From assembly GCA_038207395.1 (NCBI GenBank), contig JBBQZW010000001.1, forward strand, positions 142,862-206,861: a stretch of 64,000 nt of DNA, in the 5' to 3' direction. Positions 1-11,573 of the stretch are shown here, piece by piece. Below the pieces are notes generated by a model. It ran no database searches and was not told where the DNA came from. It saw nothing but the letters and a program-made list of their open reading frames with translations. Numbering within the stretch: position 1 is the first letter of the stretch; every line of letters begins with the position of its first letter. Position numbers and translations under genes: made by a program. This DNA comes from Minisyncoccia bacterium (GTDB taxonomy: Bacteria; Patescibacteriota; Minisyncoccia; Phycocordibacterales; Phycocordibacteraceae).

Positions 1-987
1 ACGAATCTGAGAGAAGTCAAAGTCAATATCTTTTCCGGCGTACCATGTTTCAAGTCCAAGCGTAAGTGCATCACACCACCCTTCTTTTGAGTCGCCAACG
101 ATATGCGCGGCTACTTTTTCATTTGTCTGGAAGCTGATCTGCGGTAACTGCTGAACCGTGGCGCTTTCTACTGAGTAGCCCACACCCGTACCCTGCATAG
201 ATATATACATTATCTCTGCAAAGTCTCGGAGTTTGGTTGGGGCGATGAATGAACAATTGTATGCAGGTACGTTACAGCGATCCACTGCTTCTCCCGCAAA
301 TTGCATGAGACGCATTGATGGCATTACTTCCTGTTTGAGAATTGCTTCACGAACTTCAAGGTACTCTTTGCGTGTAAGCTTATCGCCCAAATTCTTGTAC
401 ATAAAGTTTATGTACCGGTTCACGGTTTCTACCCATGTTTCGCGACGACCTTGTTCAGGGATCCACTTAGAATAGCTTCGCAGATATACGAACTCTCCAA
501 GCGCATTATCTTTGAAATACGCCTTACTCTCATCTGCAATCTTGCGGAATTCTGCAGGAATCTCAATTGCTTCAGAACGAAGTTGGTTACGCTTATCACG
601 GTACAAAATGTATGCTTTTGCCGTTGCCGTAAAATCATTGAGCATCAACTGCTTCTCAACTGAGTCCTGAATACCTTCCACGGTAGGGAGGAAATTCTTA
701 TACTTCTTTGCAAAACGAGCCAGCTCTCCTGCCACCTGGTGTGCAACGAGAATTGCATCATCAAGACCTCCTTCACCTCCTGCATTCATTGATTTCTCAA
801 CGGCATTCACAATCTTTTCAAAAGAAAAAGGAACAATTCGCCCATCGCGCTTTTCCATTTGTGGAATCAGTTCTCGGTACCGCTTTGTTTCCCGGCTCTC
901 TGGAGCTTTCTCTACAGTAACTGCTGCAGGCGCAAGGGTCTTGGTAATCTTCTTTGCGCGAACCGGTGACTTTGCGGATTTTGCCAT
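1..987 (-). CDS. nrdJ: Adenosylcobalamin-dependent (class II) ribonucleotide reductase, N-terminal part (ATP-cone plus start of catalytic domain). The gene continues past the window start.
   Basis: Hand translation of the minus strand from the ATG at 987 reads MAKSAKSPV...MEKRDGRIVPFSFEKIVNAVEKS (ATP-cone-like) ...EFVYLRSYSKWIPEQGRRETWVETVNRYINFM... with no stop before position 1. The class II RNR call rests on motif memory. The ORF is absent from the track because it is truncated. Confidence 0.65.
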   Translation of the reverse strand, partial: MAKSAKSPVRAKKITKTLAPAAVTVEKAPESRETKRYRELIPQMEKRDGRIVPFSFEKIVNAVEKSMNAGGEGGLDDAILVAHQVAGELARFAKKYKNFLPTVEGIQDSVEKQLMLNDFTATAKAYILYRDKRNQLRSEAIEIPAEFRKIADESKAYFKDNALGEFVYLRSYSKWIPEQGRRETWVETVNRYINFMYKNLGDKLTRKEYLEVREAILKQEVMPSMRLMQFAGEAVDRCNVPAYNCSFIAPTKLRDFAEIMYISMQGTGVGYSVESATVQQLPQISFQTNEKVAAHIVGDSKEGWCDALTLGLETWYAGKDIDFDFSQIR

Positions 988-1131
988 GGGATGTGAGGTT
1001 AGGATAATTGGCGTCGACGAGAGATAGCGTACGTGTTTTTTGTGTGAATGCGTGCAAGAATTTCGACGTTCCACCATTGTACCCTTCTTCATTTTGACGC
1101 GATACGTGGGGACAAGTATCAGCAGAAAACA

Positions 1132-1674
1132 CTACGTTCCGTACGGCAAGGGAAGGGGAATTCGTGTCCCAATTCCCCATCCTTTGCGACGCATTTCTCC
1201 AGCCCTTACTTCAAGGACATATCTAACTGGTTCGGGTGGATAGACTGATTTAGGATAGGTATCAGGAGAAATACTGTCCTCAACACCAAGTATTGTTCCG
1301 CTGTCCGAGAGCCAAATAATATCGATCGGTACGAGCATATCTTTCATCCAAAACCCTACTCGAAATTTATGATCGAAAACAAATAGCATTCCATAGTTTT
1401 CAGGGACTAAAGAACGTCCAGAAAGACCTTGCTCTTGAGCAGTCTCCGTTGTTACTACTTCAAAATCCATTGTTTCACCGCTCTCAAGGGTGGTTGAGGC
1501 AATACTATTCTGTCCGGATGTTGATCTATAGGACAAAGATGAAATTGAAGGCGTGAAAAAAAATATGAGTCCTAAGATAAGGGACACAGTAATTACAATA
1601 TAAAGGACATGATGTCTTTTAAGGTTCATACGGCAAGTTGATGAGTGACATACTGCCAAGTATACTCTGCGCAT
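1132..1674 (-). CDS. DUF192-family protein with an N-terminal TM segment. The likely true start is the internal Met near 1629.
   Basis: The ORF translation ends ...FVFDHKFRVGFWMKDMLVPIDIIWLSDSGTILGVED... and looks typical of DUF192/COG1430. The N-terminal hydrophobic stretch follows MNLKRHH. Confidence 0.5.
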   Translation of the reverse strand: MRRVYLAVCHSSTCRMNLKRHHVLYIVITVSLILGLIFFFTPSISSLSYRSTSGQNSIASTTLESGETMDFEVVTTETAQEQGLSGRSLVPENYGMLFVFDHKFRVGFWMKDMLVPIDIIWLSDSGTILGVEDSISPDTYPKSVYPPEPVRYVLEVRAGEMRRKGWGIGTRIPLPLPYGT

Positions 1675-2002
1675 GACTTCCTTTACGAATTTCTCACATT
1701 CTTTTTCTGATTCCGTACGCTTGGTAGTTGCAGCAATCCCTAAAGGGAAAGTCGCAACCTACGGACAAGTGGCAGAACTTGCCGGTAGGCCCCGCGCCTC
1801 AAGGGCAGTAGGTATGGTGATGCGAAATAATAAAGATACCAAAACCGTGCCTTGCCACCGAGTTGTTGGATCAACCGGTACGCTCACTGGCTATGCGTAT
1901 GGAAATGGAATCTCAACTAAAAAGGCACTTCTCCAAAAGGAAGGTGTCGCTTTTAAGGGTGAGAGGGTGCATCTTGCGCTCTCACAGTGGAAACCAGCGT
2001 AA
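1673..2002 (+). CDS. Short methylated-DNA-protein-cysteine methyltransferase family protein (C-terminal DNA-binding/active-site domain only).
   Basis: It has a PCHRVV active-site motif and a helix-turn-helix region (ATYGQVAELAGRPRASRAVG). It is 109 aa and lacks the N-terminal Ogt domain. Confidence 0.7.
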   Translation: MTSFTNFSHSFSDSVRLVVAAIPKGKVATYGQVAELAGRPRASRAVGMVMRNNKDTKTVPCHRVVGSTGTLTGYAYGNGISTKKALLQKEGVAFKGERVHLALSQWKPA

Positions 2003-2010
2003 CCAATTCA

Positions 2011-3600
2011 CTACATTGTAGAATGTTGTACTCCTAGACTTTTAAGAAATTCCAGGGCAATCTTTTTGTTCTCTGTCTTTTTTTCGGGACTCATCTTCCC
2101 GTACTGAACTCCAATGAAGCCGAGTCTTCCTTCTTTTTGTAACGTAGTGAAATGAGTTCCCACAAAGTTCCAGAAAAGCGCATCCCATATCTGAGTCCAT
2201 TCACCCCGAGGATAGTCACTCATTTTTAGTAGGTAGTTCGAGCCTGCAATATATGGTTTAGAGGTAATAAGACCTCCATCAGCATAAAGTGCCATGCTGT
2301 ACACATTCGGTACCATGACCCAGTCATAGGCATCAATAAAGAGTTCCATAAACCAGCGGTAACTGTCATCTGGTTTAAAGCCACAAAGATTCATGAAATT
2401 TCCAAGTACCATAAGTCGCGGTATGTGATGTGCGTATGCGTACGTAAGTACAGTCTTGATAGTGTCGTCAATCGGAACAATTCCCGTAGTACCTGTCCAA
2501 AATTCTGAAGGGATAGTTGTCTCTGCCTTGAAATAGTTGCTCGTGCGTGATTTCCGTCCATATACCATATACACCATTCTCATATATTCTCGCCAACCAA
2601 TGAGCTGACGGATAAAGCCTTCTACTGAAGGGAGTGGTACATTATTCGAATCTGTATAGGCAAGAGTTTCAGCCAGGACATATGCTGGCGTGAGCAGTCC
2701 TGCGTTCAAAAGCGGTGAAAGTATACTGTGGAAAAGAGTCACAGACCGCACTGACATAGCGTCTTCGTAGGGACCGAATTGTTCAAATCGCTCACGAAGA
2801 AATACCGCTAACCATAATTTAGCTTCAGCATGGGTCACTGGATAAAAGAATGCTTCGGTACTGCCGTAGTTATCAGAGAAATGTTCTTCTACCCAAGCGC
2901 GAGCTTCGTTCACATATGGATTTTTCGAAGGTTCTGGGTCTTCAGGGAGTACTATATTTTTTGGAAGTTTCTTTCTATTTTCTTCATCATAGCTCCAGGA
3001 TCCTCCGGTAGGAGTACCGTCAGTATCAAGTAATATACCAAGTCGCTTTCTTTGCCATACATAGAAGTCTTTTTGCTGAAGTCTTTTGCCTTTACTGAGT
3101 AAAGGTTCAACATATGACTTCAATAGATCTGAAGTAGTTAGGAACATTGGTGTTTCTGACACCTCAATGGATATGTCATTTTCCTTACAGGCTCGACGTA
3201 ATCCTCGCATCATCCAGTCGTCGACCAGGTCATATATAAACACTTTTTCGATAAAGTCTTTTTTGAGAAAATGTACAACATCTCCGGTATGTTTAAGCAG
3301 GTCATGGGACAAGTACGTAACGGTATAGCCTCTAGAAATTAGCTCGTCATAATACGAACGCATGCTCGCGCGATGAAACATGAGCTTTTGTTTATGAAAA
3401 CGGTACTGCGTAAACAATAACGGCTCTTCTACTAAGTAAGTCCGGCGATCTTTCTTTAGCAAGACCGAATCTTCAAAAAGCTGGTGCGGATATATGAGAA
3501 CTGCTTCTAGCGGGTTGGTCATGGTGTGCTCTGTTTCTTTCTTTTTCCACACGCAGTGCTGCAGTAGACAATCTTTTCCCACTGGCCCCGACTTTCCCAT
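2011..3600 (-). CDS. Cryptochrome/photolyase family protein (COG3046 / FeS-BCP, (6-4) photolyase-like).
   Basis: 529 aa. It carries GGSWSYDEENRK, GWREYMRMVYMVYG and HIPRLMVLGNFMNLCG...WFMELFIDAYDWV motifs typical of photolyase-related proteins. Confidence 0.65.
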   Translation of the reverse strand: MGKSGPVGKDCLLQHCVWKKKETEHTMTNPLEAVLIYPHQLFEDSVLLKKDRRTYLVEEPLLFTQYRFHKQKLMFHRASMRSYYDELISRGYTVTYLSHDLLKHTGDVVHFLKKDFIEKVFIYDLVDDWMMRGLRRACKENDISIEVSETPMFLTTSDLLKSYVEPLLSKGKRLQQKDFYVWQRKRLGILLDTDGTPTGGSWSYDEENRKKLPKNIVLPEDPEPSKNPYVNEARAWVEEHFSDNYGSTEAFFYPVTHAEAKLWLAVFLRERFEQFGPYEDAMSVRSVTLFHSILSPLLNAGLLTPAYVLAETLAYTDSNNVPLPSVEGFIRQLIGWREYMRMVYMVYGRKSRTSNYFKAETTIPSEFWTGTTGIVPIDDTIKTVLTYAYAHHIPRLMVLGNFMNLCGFKPDDSYRWFMELFIDAYDWVMVPNVYSMALYADGGLITSKPYIAGSNYLLKMSDYPRGEWTQIWDALFWNFVGTHFTTLQKEGRLGFIGVQYGKMSPEKKTENKKIALEFLKSLGVQHSTM

Positions 3601-3716
3601 TTCTTACGATTAGTAAAAGTACGTTCGCAGGTAGGACATGTTTTTATCTGATCTTTTACCGTCATGTGAAGAGTGTACTATGCACCAATTCAAATCTTCA
3701 TACTGGCTACTATAAG

Positions 3717-3803
3717 CGGAGACGGAGAGATTCGAACTCTCGAGACCCTTTCGAGTCTGCCGCCTTTCCAAGGCGGTGCACTAGACCACTATGCGACGTC
3801 TCC
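3717..3803 (-). tRNA. tRNA-Ser (anticodon GGA), long variable arm. No CCA is encoded.
   Basis: The reverse complement folds as a cloverleaf. The acceptor stem GGAGACG pairs with CGTCTCC. The anticodon stem CCGCC/GGCGG carries loop TTGGAAA, giving anticodon GGA. There is a long extra arm, a T-arm GAGAG-TTCGAAT-CTCTC, and discriminator G. Confidence 0.85.
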
Positions 3804-3882
3804 AATATCAGAAGTTATAGCACAAAAGGGAAGTGAGGACTCTTCGAGCCGCCGCTTCCCTTTGTATTTTATGTACCACTGG

Positions 3883-4818
3883 TTATCCTTTCGGACCTCC
3901 AAGCAATGCACGTACGCGGTCTTCAGTAGGAGGGTGTGTTGAGAAAAGACGATTAATCCAGTCACCTGTCTTTCCAGTTTTTGTTTCTCCATACGGATCA
4001 CCTATAAACAAATGCGCTGTGGCGTGACTTACCTTCTGCATTGGTCGTCCGTAGCCTTCAATCTTCTGGAGTGCACTTGCAAGCCCTTCTGGATACCTGG
4101 TAAGAAGTGCTCCTGACGCGTCCGCTAAGAACTCACGACGACGTGATACAGCGAGCTGAATGAGTTGTGCGGCAATAGGGGCCAAAATAATTGCCACAAT
4201 ACCAACAACGAGCAGTAATCCACCACCACGGCTATTATCATCACGATTGCCACCCCAGAGCGACATACGGAGGAATATATCAGCGATAATTGCAATGAAG
4301 CCAGCAAGAACTACGGCTACCGTCATGAGGAGAATGTCGCGGTTACGGACGTGCGAAAGCTCATGTGCAATAACTCCTTCAAGTTCTGATCGACTCATCA
4401 TAGAGAGAAGCCCCGTGGTCGCTGCGACGACGGCATGCTTTTCATTGCGTCCTGTAGCAAAGGCATTGGGTGAAGGATCATCAATAACGTAGAGCTTTGG
4501 CATTTGAATTCCAGCGGTAATAGAAAGGTTCTCAGTTACCGTATAAAAATCAAAGAATTCTTCTTTTAGAGCGGGTCGTGCATTTGTCATCGAAAGAACC
4601 TGACGATCACTGAACCAGTAACTATACACATTCATGAATAAGGCAAAGAAAAGCGCAATATAAAGAATGAATGGGTTCTGATAGTAAAAAGAAACAAAAT
4701 AGCCAATACCAAGCACAATGGCGAGGAATACCGTCATGAGAAGCGCTGTGCGCCATATGTTTCGAGAACGTTCTTGATAGAGTGTGCGTGCCATGCTTCT
4801 AGTATAACGAACTGACAA
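3883..4818 (-). CDS. htpX: Protease HtpX (M48 zinc metalloprotease). An alternative start lies at the Met near 4794.
   Basis: It has a HELSH zinc motif, N-terminal TM helices and a ...EFLADASGALLTRYPEGLASAL region. Confidence 0.85.
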   Translation of the reverse strand: MSVRYTRSMARTLYQERSRNIWRTALLMTVFLAIVLGIGYFVSFYYQNPFILYIALFFALFMNVYSYWFSDRQVLSMTNARPALKEEFFDFYTVTENLSITAGIQMPKLYVIDDPSPNAFATGRNEKHAVVAATTGLLSMMSRSELEGVIAHELSHVRNRDILLMTVAVVLAGFIAIIADIFLRMSLWGGNRDDNSRGGGLLLVVGIVAIILAPIAAQLIQLAVSRRREFLADASGALLTRYPEGLASALQKIEGYGRPMQKVSHATAHLFIGDPYGETKTGKTGDWINRLFSTHPPTEDRVRALLGGPKG

Positions 4819-4832
4819 TTACCTGCCAGTTT

Positions 4833-5072
4833 TTACCCTGCAAGCTCAAGGTCTTTTATACGAGTTGAATGATCATCTAGTAGTTCAACAACCGTGTCTA
4901 AACGGTTTTCTACTATAGTTAAACGCTGGTTAACTTCCCGAAAACCTGTTTCTACTCTTTCTTCCAAAAGGCCAACTCTATTTTCCAGCACATCAAATCT
5001 TTTATCTACTGCCAAAAATCCATCTGCTACCATACGCCCAAGGGTATCGAGATCCATATCATCTGTTTCCAT
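4833..5072 (-). CDS. Small hypothetical coiled-coil protein.
   Basis: It is a 79-aa ORF in a tightly packed gene string with no recognisable domain. Confidence 0.3.
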   Translation of the reverse strand: METDDMDLDTLGRMVADGFLAVDKRFDVLENRVGLLEERVETGFREVNQRLTIVENRLDTVVELLDDHSTRIKDLELAG

Positions 5073-5148
5073 TAGCTCAGTCTACTGACTGAGTAATTAG
5101 GAATATACCAAGTTGAGATAAAGAAAAACTGAGTTATTTCTAAAGTAT

Positions 5149-5664
5149 TTATGAAGTCTGCATTGCTGCAGCTAACTTTTCTTCCACCAACTCTATTTCA
5201 TGATCAATCCCTTGGATAAGTTCATAGTTTCCTACTTCTGATGCGGAAATCCAAGCATATTCGGTCGCGTCTTCATCGAGCACAACCTCACCACCGCCAT
5301 ATTTACAGTAAAACGAGAGTACTATTGCAGGGATGCCGTCCGGACGAATGAAAGCGAGGTCGAGTAAATATTGAATATCGGTAACTTCCAAGCCAACCTC
5401 TTCCGTAATCTCCCGACGAAGTGCTGTTTCCACGGCGTTGTACCACTGAGCACTTTCACTATTTTGATACGTTGCTTCACCACTCATGTAATCAGTGGTT
5501 TCAAGTCCGCCACCAGGAACGGTCCACATATTTGGCCAGGCCTTCTTATTCGGAGATCGTTTTGTAATTAGATACGTTCGGTTCCCATTCTCATCCATTT
5601 TCCAAATGATACCGGTAATAGCTATCCGATGTAGATCGGTATGAATTGGTTCAGGAGTGGCCAT
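5149..5664 (-). CDS. NUDIX hydrolase.
   Basis: Nudix box G..x5 E x7 REITEEVGLEV is present. Confidence 0.75.
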   Translation of the reverse strand: MATPEPIHTDLHRIAITGIIWKMDENGNRTYLITKRSPNKKAWPNMWTVPGGGLETTDYMSGEATYQNSESAQWYNAVETALRREITEEVGLEVTDIQYLLDLAFIRPDGIPAIVLSFYCKYGGGEVVLDEDATEYAWISASEVGNYELIQGIDHEIELVEEKLAAAMQTS

Positions 5665-5678
5665 AGGGCTATTTGATA

Positions 5679-6239
5679 CTAGAAGGAAACTTTCACTGGT
5701 TCGCGCGCTGCACTTTCTGCCTCAGTAAGCTGGAATAGATCCATGTTCTGGAACTTAAATGAGTTTGCAATAACATTTCCAGGAAATGATTGTACTGAGG
5801 TATTGAGTTCCTGAACGTTACTGTTGTAGAAACGGCGAGCGGCCTGAATCTTATCCTCAGTATCTGCGAGCTGACGCTGAAGCTCAAGGAAGTTCTGGTT
5901 TGCTTTAAGATCTGGGTAGGCTTCTGCAACGGCGAAAAGTGTCTTGAGCGTTCCAGAAAGCTGATTTTCAGCTTCTGCCTTAGCTGACGGTGTTCCTGCC
6001 TGCATAGCCTCAGAACGAGCCTTGGTAACGTTCTCAAATGCCGAACTTTCATGCGTAGCATATCCCTTTACGGTTTCTACGAGGTTAGGGATGAGGTCAT
6101 AGCGACGTTTAAGCTGAACATCAATATCTGCCCACGCTTCTTTTGTACGGTTAACTTTTGAAACAAAACCGTTGTATGAGGCGACTATATAAAGAATAAG
6201 GAGAACGACAATACCGAGGACGATGTAAAGTGGTGTCAT
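5679..6239 (-). CDS. lemA: LemA family protein.
   Basis: It has an N-terminal TM segment followed by ...SYNGFVSKVNRTKEAWADIDVQLKRRYDLIPNLVETVKGYA..., which is the LemA signature. Confidence 0.8.
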   Translation of the reverse strand: MTPLYIVLGIVVLLILYIVASYNGFVSKVNRTKEAWADIDVQLKRRYDLIPNLVETVKGYATHESSAFENVTKARSEAMQAGTPSAKAEAENQLSGTLKTLFAVAEAYPDLKANQNFLELQRQLADTEDKIQAARRFYNSNVQELNTSVQSFPGNVIANSFKFQNMDLFQLTEAESAAREPVKVSF

Positions 6240-6344
6240 ATACGTTTATTGTAGAACGACCAGATAAAAGCACAAGTGCGACTGCCGTAGGCAGTCGCAC
6301 TTGTTTCTTGTCTAGCAGGGAAGTGAGCTCCCTGTTTTATTCTT

Positions 6345-8359
<2,015 letters not shown>

Positions 8360-8660
8360 AGGAAATATCGTTTGAAATACCTAATAAAGAACCAATATGG
8401 GTTATGTATTGCCGTTTTACAAAAGGAACAACTTCCCTTCGTAAAAGTTATCCACAGTATATGAATCGTGCTGAAGACAGTCAAATTTTGGAATTGACAA
8501 CATCTACTATTCGTAGTAAATTCCTGACAGATAGCTGTTTATGCGATTTGAGAGCGAGTCACTCCCCTCCTCAGTATGTTCTGAGAACGTGAGCGACTCG
8601 CCCTTGAATAGGGCCGCAGATATTCGGGGGTGATCCCCAAAAACACCTGCGGCAAGGAGA

Positions 8661-9449
8661 TTGGCCATGAGCCAACCCAATACCGCATTTTTTCATCCGC
8701 ACAGACCCAGTGTTCGTCTCGGCATTCGTGTCGAAGAACTATTCGAGCCTGTGAGCCAAGAAATCCGTCAAGGAGTCTTGCTCGGCTCGGCTGAGGACAT
8801 TACCGCACACGAAGGTGGCAAAAAATATCCTGCTAAGCGACCCCGCAAGGGCGCGCAAGTTGTGTGGACTCACGATGGTGAGCCACTTCCAACAACTGAT
8901 CGTTCTCTGCTCACCCACGCAAGTATCGTGGATGTGAAGACGGAACGAGGTGGAATACGCCATCTACTTTCGATGCCTCGCGACGATGGAAAGCATTTGG
9001 TGTTCATTCAAACGGGCCTTGTCGGCACGATGGATGAACATTTACACCAAGTCCTTTCGAACGCCAGCCAAGGTATTCTCCCCCAACTTCACGGCTCAGT
9101 CGCCATAGACGATGGCTCGCGCTCCGTTTCTGCTTCGCAGGAAGGTGAGTTGCCGGTCAATGTCTGTCTTGCGCAGCCGCGCCGTTTACGGTGGTGGAGA
9201 CCTCGAAAATCGTTACCCGGTATCGTAAGCGACATTCGCGCCCGCCGCATGGATCTTTGGGAGCTTGCTCCCGGTGCCGAATTATTGGTTCAGGATATAT
9301 TCCCCGGCCATGCATTTCGCATCGTGATACGTGACGGAAAAGTTCAGACTGCTGACGCACCTCGCAATTCTGCTGAATTGCTTGAAGCAGCACTCACTCA
9401 GAGCGCGCGAAAGCCAGCGCCAGAGTTTGAACCGGCCGTTGTCGCCTAA
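8661..9449 (+). CDS. Hypothetical protein encoded in a visibly GC-richer patch.
   Basis: It is a 262-aa ORF with no recognisable domain. It is followed by a strong hairpin terminator, and its composition differs from the flanking DNA. Confidence 0.45.
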   Translation: MAMSQPNTAFFHPHRPSVRLGIRVEELFEPVSQEIRQGVLLGSAEDITAHEGGKKYPAKRPRKGAQVVWTHDGEPLPTTDRSLLTHASIVDVKTERGGIRHLLSMPRDDGKHLVFIQTGLVGTMDEHLHQVLSNASQGILPQLHGSVAIDDGSRSVSASQEGELPVNVCLAQPRRLRWWRPRKSLPGIVSDIRARRMDLWELAPGAELLVQDIFPGHAFRIVIRDGKVQTADAPRNSAELLEAALTQSARKPAPEFEPAVVA

Positions 9450-9468
9450 GCTACGATGAAAAAATGCA

Positions 9469-9500
9469 GCCCCCGAGGAATTTATTCCTCGGGGGCTTTT
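9469..9500 (+). terminator. Rho-independent terminator.
   Basis: GCCCCCGAGG-aatttatt-CCTCGGGGGC followed by TTTT. Confidence 0.7.
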
Positions 9501-9544
9501 GATTGTCTGGTACGTGAGAATGTGCTATATTCACCGGTATCTAT

Positions 9545-9775
9545 ATGACCGCCCTACTTCCCTACTTCGAGATCATCCTTTCGGTATTACTTATCCTAGG
9601 CATCGTACTTCAGCAGCGCGGAGCTTCACTTGGAGGTGCTTTTGGTGGTGACAACTTTGCCTCTACTTTCTATAAGCGTCGTGGCGCCGAGAAATTCCTC
9701 TTTATTTCAACAAGTATCGTTGCCTTTTTGTTTATTGTTGTTGCTATCGCTAGCTTTGTATTAACGGCAGCGTAA
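9545..9775 (+). CDS. secG: Preprotein translocase subunit SecG.
   Basis: It is 76 aa with two TM helices and the LLQQ..GASLGGAFGG glycine-rich SecG loop. Confidence 0.7.
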   Translation: MTALLPYFEIILSVLLILGIVLQQRGASLGGAFGGDNFASTFYKRRGAEKFLFISTSIVAFLFIVVAIASFVLTAA

Positions 9776-9789
9776 AAGCTCCCTTTCCT

Positions 9790-11463
9790 ATGGATCGAGC
9801 TTCCCGATTCATCGCATCGCTCCGTCCTTCCGATGCGGTTATTGCAGGAGTGCTTTTTAGTATCGCGTTGATTGCTTGCTTTGTTGGCGTATCTGCACTC
9901 GTGCGTTCATTTCAAATAACCATTCCTGCAAATGGAGGAACACTCACTGAAGGTATCGTTGGTAGTCCTCGGTATATCAATCCCCTTCTTGCTCTTTCAG
10001 ATAGTGACCGTGACCTAGTAGCTCTTACCTATTCTGGCCTCATGGGTCACACATCTAATGGCAGTCTTGTTCCCGTGCTTGCTGAGTCCTATACCCTTTC
10101 ACCTGACGGCACTATATATACGTTTATTCTACGAGAAACAGCTCAATTCTCTGATGGAACTCCCGTTACTGCAGATGACGTTGCCTACACGATTCAAAAA
10201 GCTCAAGATCCTGCATTAAAAAGTCCTGTTTTTGCAAACTGGTCGAATATACGAGTAGAAGCTATCGATTCACGAACGGTTCGTTTTACCCTACCAAAAG
10301 CGTATGCTCCGTTTTTAGAGGACACAACACTCGGTATATTACCTCAACACCTTTGGAAAAATTTGAGTAATGAAGAGTTTCCTTTTGCACCTCAGAATAC
10401 GATGCCTGTTGGCAGCGGACCGTTTGTTTCAAAATCGGTTACGCGAAATGCCCAAGGAGTCATAACAGGATACCTTTTGGATTCTTTCCCCCAGTATCCT
10501 TTAGGCAAACCGTACCTTTCCCATGTGCGCATACTGATATACGGAAATCAAACAGATCTTCAAACAGCGTATAAAAATGGGACGATTAAAAGTGCTTATG
10601 GCATTCCGGCGCCAAATGCGTTAAAAGCTCCGTATGCACGAGTGTTTGGGGTATTTTTTAATGACCGCACAAATCCAGCATTAAAAGATCTTGCCGTACG
10701 TAAAGCCCTTTCTTTAGCATTAGATCGTACAGCACTTACTCAGAACACTTTCGGAGGATATGCTTCAGCGCTAAACGGGCCACTACCTGCAGGAAGCAGC
10801 ATTCCAGCGATTCCAGTACCTTCTGACGAAACTCGCATGGATGAGGCTCGTGCCGCACTAACCTCTGCAGGGTACGTATACAGTCAAACCGCGCAGACCT
10901 GGAGTAAAAAAGGAGGAGAGCCGCTTTCAATTACTCTTACAACCTCAAATGTTCCTGAACTTAAAGTGGTCGCAAGTGCGGTACAGAAAGACTGGAGAGC
11001 ACTCGGAATACCGGTAGAACTTGAGCTCCATGATCCTTCTACCTTGGTTCAGAACATTATTCGTCCGCGCGCCTACGGCGCACTCCTATTCGGAGAGGTT
11101 ATTGGCTCCAGCCCTGACCTATACCCCTTTTGGGCAAGTAGTGAACGCACGAATCCAGGTCTTAACATTGCAAACTACGAAAACAAGGAAGTCGATACAC
11201 TTCTAACTAAGGCTCGTGCAGAGTCTAACCCAGAAGTGCGTAGTGATCTTCTGGGGAAGATCCAAGAAAAGATTGCCGCTGACTACCCTGCTGCATTTCT
11301 ATATACTCCTGACTTTTTATACAACGCACCTTCATCAGTTCGCGGCATAACTCTTTCACAAGTAAGTACGCCTTCTGATCGTTTCTGGGGTATCCAAAAT
11401 TGGTATATCTACACTGAGCACGTGTGGCCGATTTTTGTCCCCTCTCCACGCCCTGGCGCATAG
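9790..11463 (+). CDS. Extracellular solute-binding protein, family 5 (Opp/Dpp-type ABC substrate-binding protein), membrane anchored.
   Basis: 557 aa. It has an N-terminal TM/signal anchor and an overall SBP_bac_5-like sequence (e.g. ...TLTYSGLMG..., ...YLLDSFPQYP...). Confidence 0.7.
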   Translation: MDRASRFIASLRPSDAVIAGVLFSIALIACFVGVSALVRSFQITIPANGGTLTEGIVGSPRYINPLLALSDSDRDLVALTYSGLMGHTSNGSLVPVLAESYTLSPDGTIYTFILRETAQFSDGTPVTADDVAYTIQKAQDPALKSPVFANWSNIRVEAIDSRTVRFTLPKAYAPFLEDTTLGILPQHLWKNLSNEEFPFAPQNTMPVGSGPFVSKSVTRNAQGVITGYLLDSFPQYPLGKPYLSHVRILIYGNQTDLQTAYKNGTIKSAYGIPAPNALKAPYARVFGVFFNDRTNPALKDLAVRKALSLALDRTALTQNTFGGYASALNGPLPAGSSIPAIPVPSDETRMDEARAALTSAGYVYSQTAQTWSKKGGEPLSITLTTSNVPELKVVASAVQKDWRALGIPVELELHDPSTLVQNIIRPRAYGALLFGEVIGSSPDLYPFWASSERTNPGLNIANYENKEVDTLLTKARAESNPEVRSDLLGKIQEKIAADYPAAFLYTPDFLYNAPSSVRGITLSQVSTPSDRFWGIQNWYIYTEHVWPIFVPSPRPGA

Positions 11464-11573
11464 GTCTTTTTTAAGGTATTCTTGTGAATAAGTTTCCCCT
11501 TATGGGTAGTGCATAAAACTATTATTTAGCTTTGATTATTCCGCATTTCTTTAAATGCTAACCCCAATCTAGT

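Noticed and set aside
8360-8660. CIRCE (HrcA) operator upstream of groES
   Set aside because: No TTAGCACTC-N9-GAGTGCTAA match is present. The inverted repeat that is present (GCGAGTCACTC/GAGCGACTCGC) is different and lies nearer the neighbouring gene.
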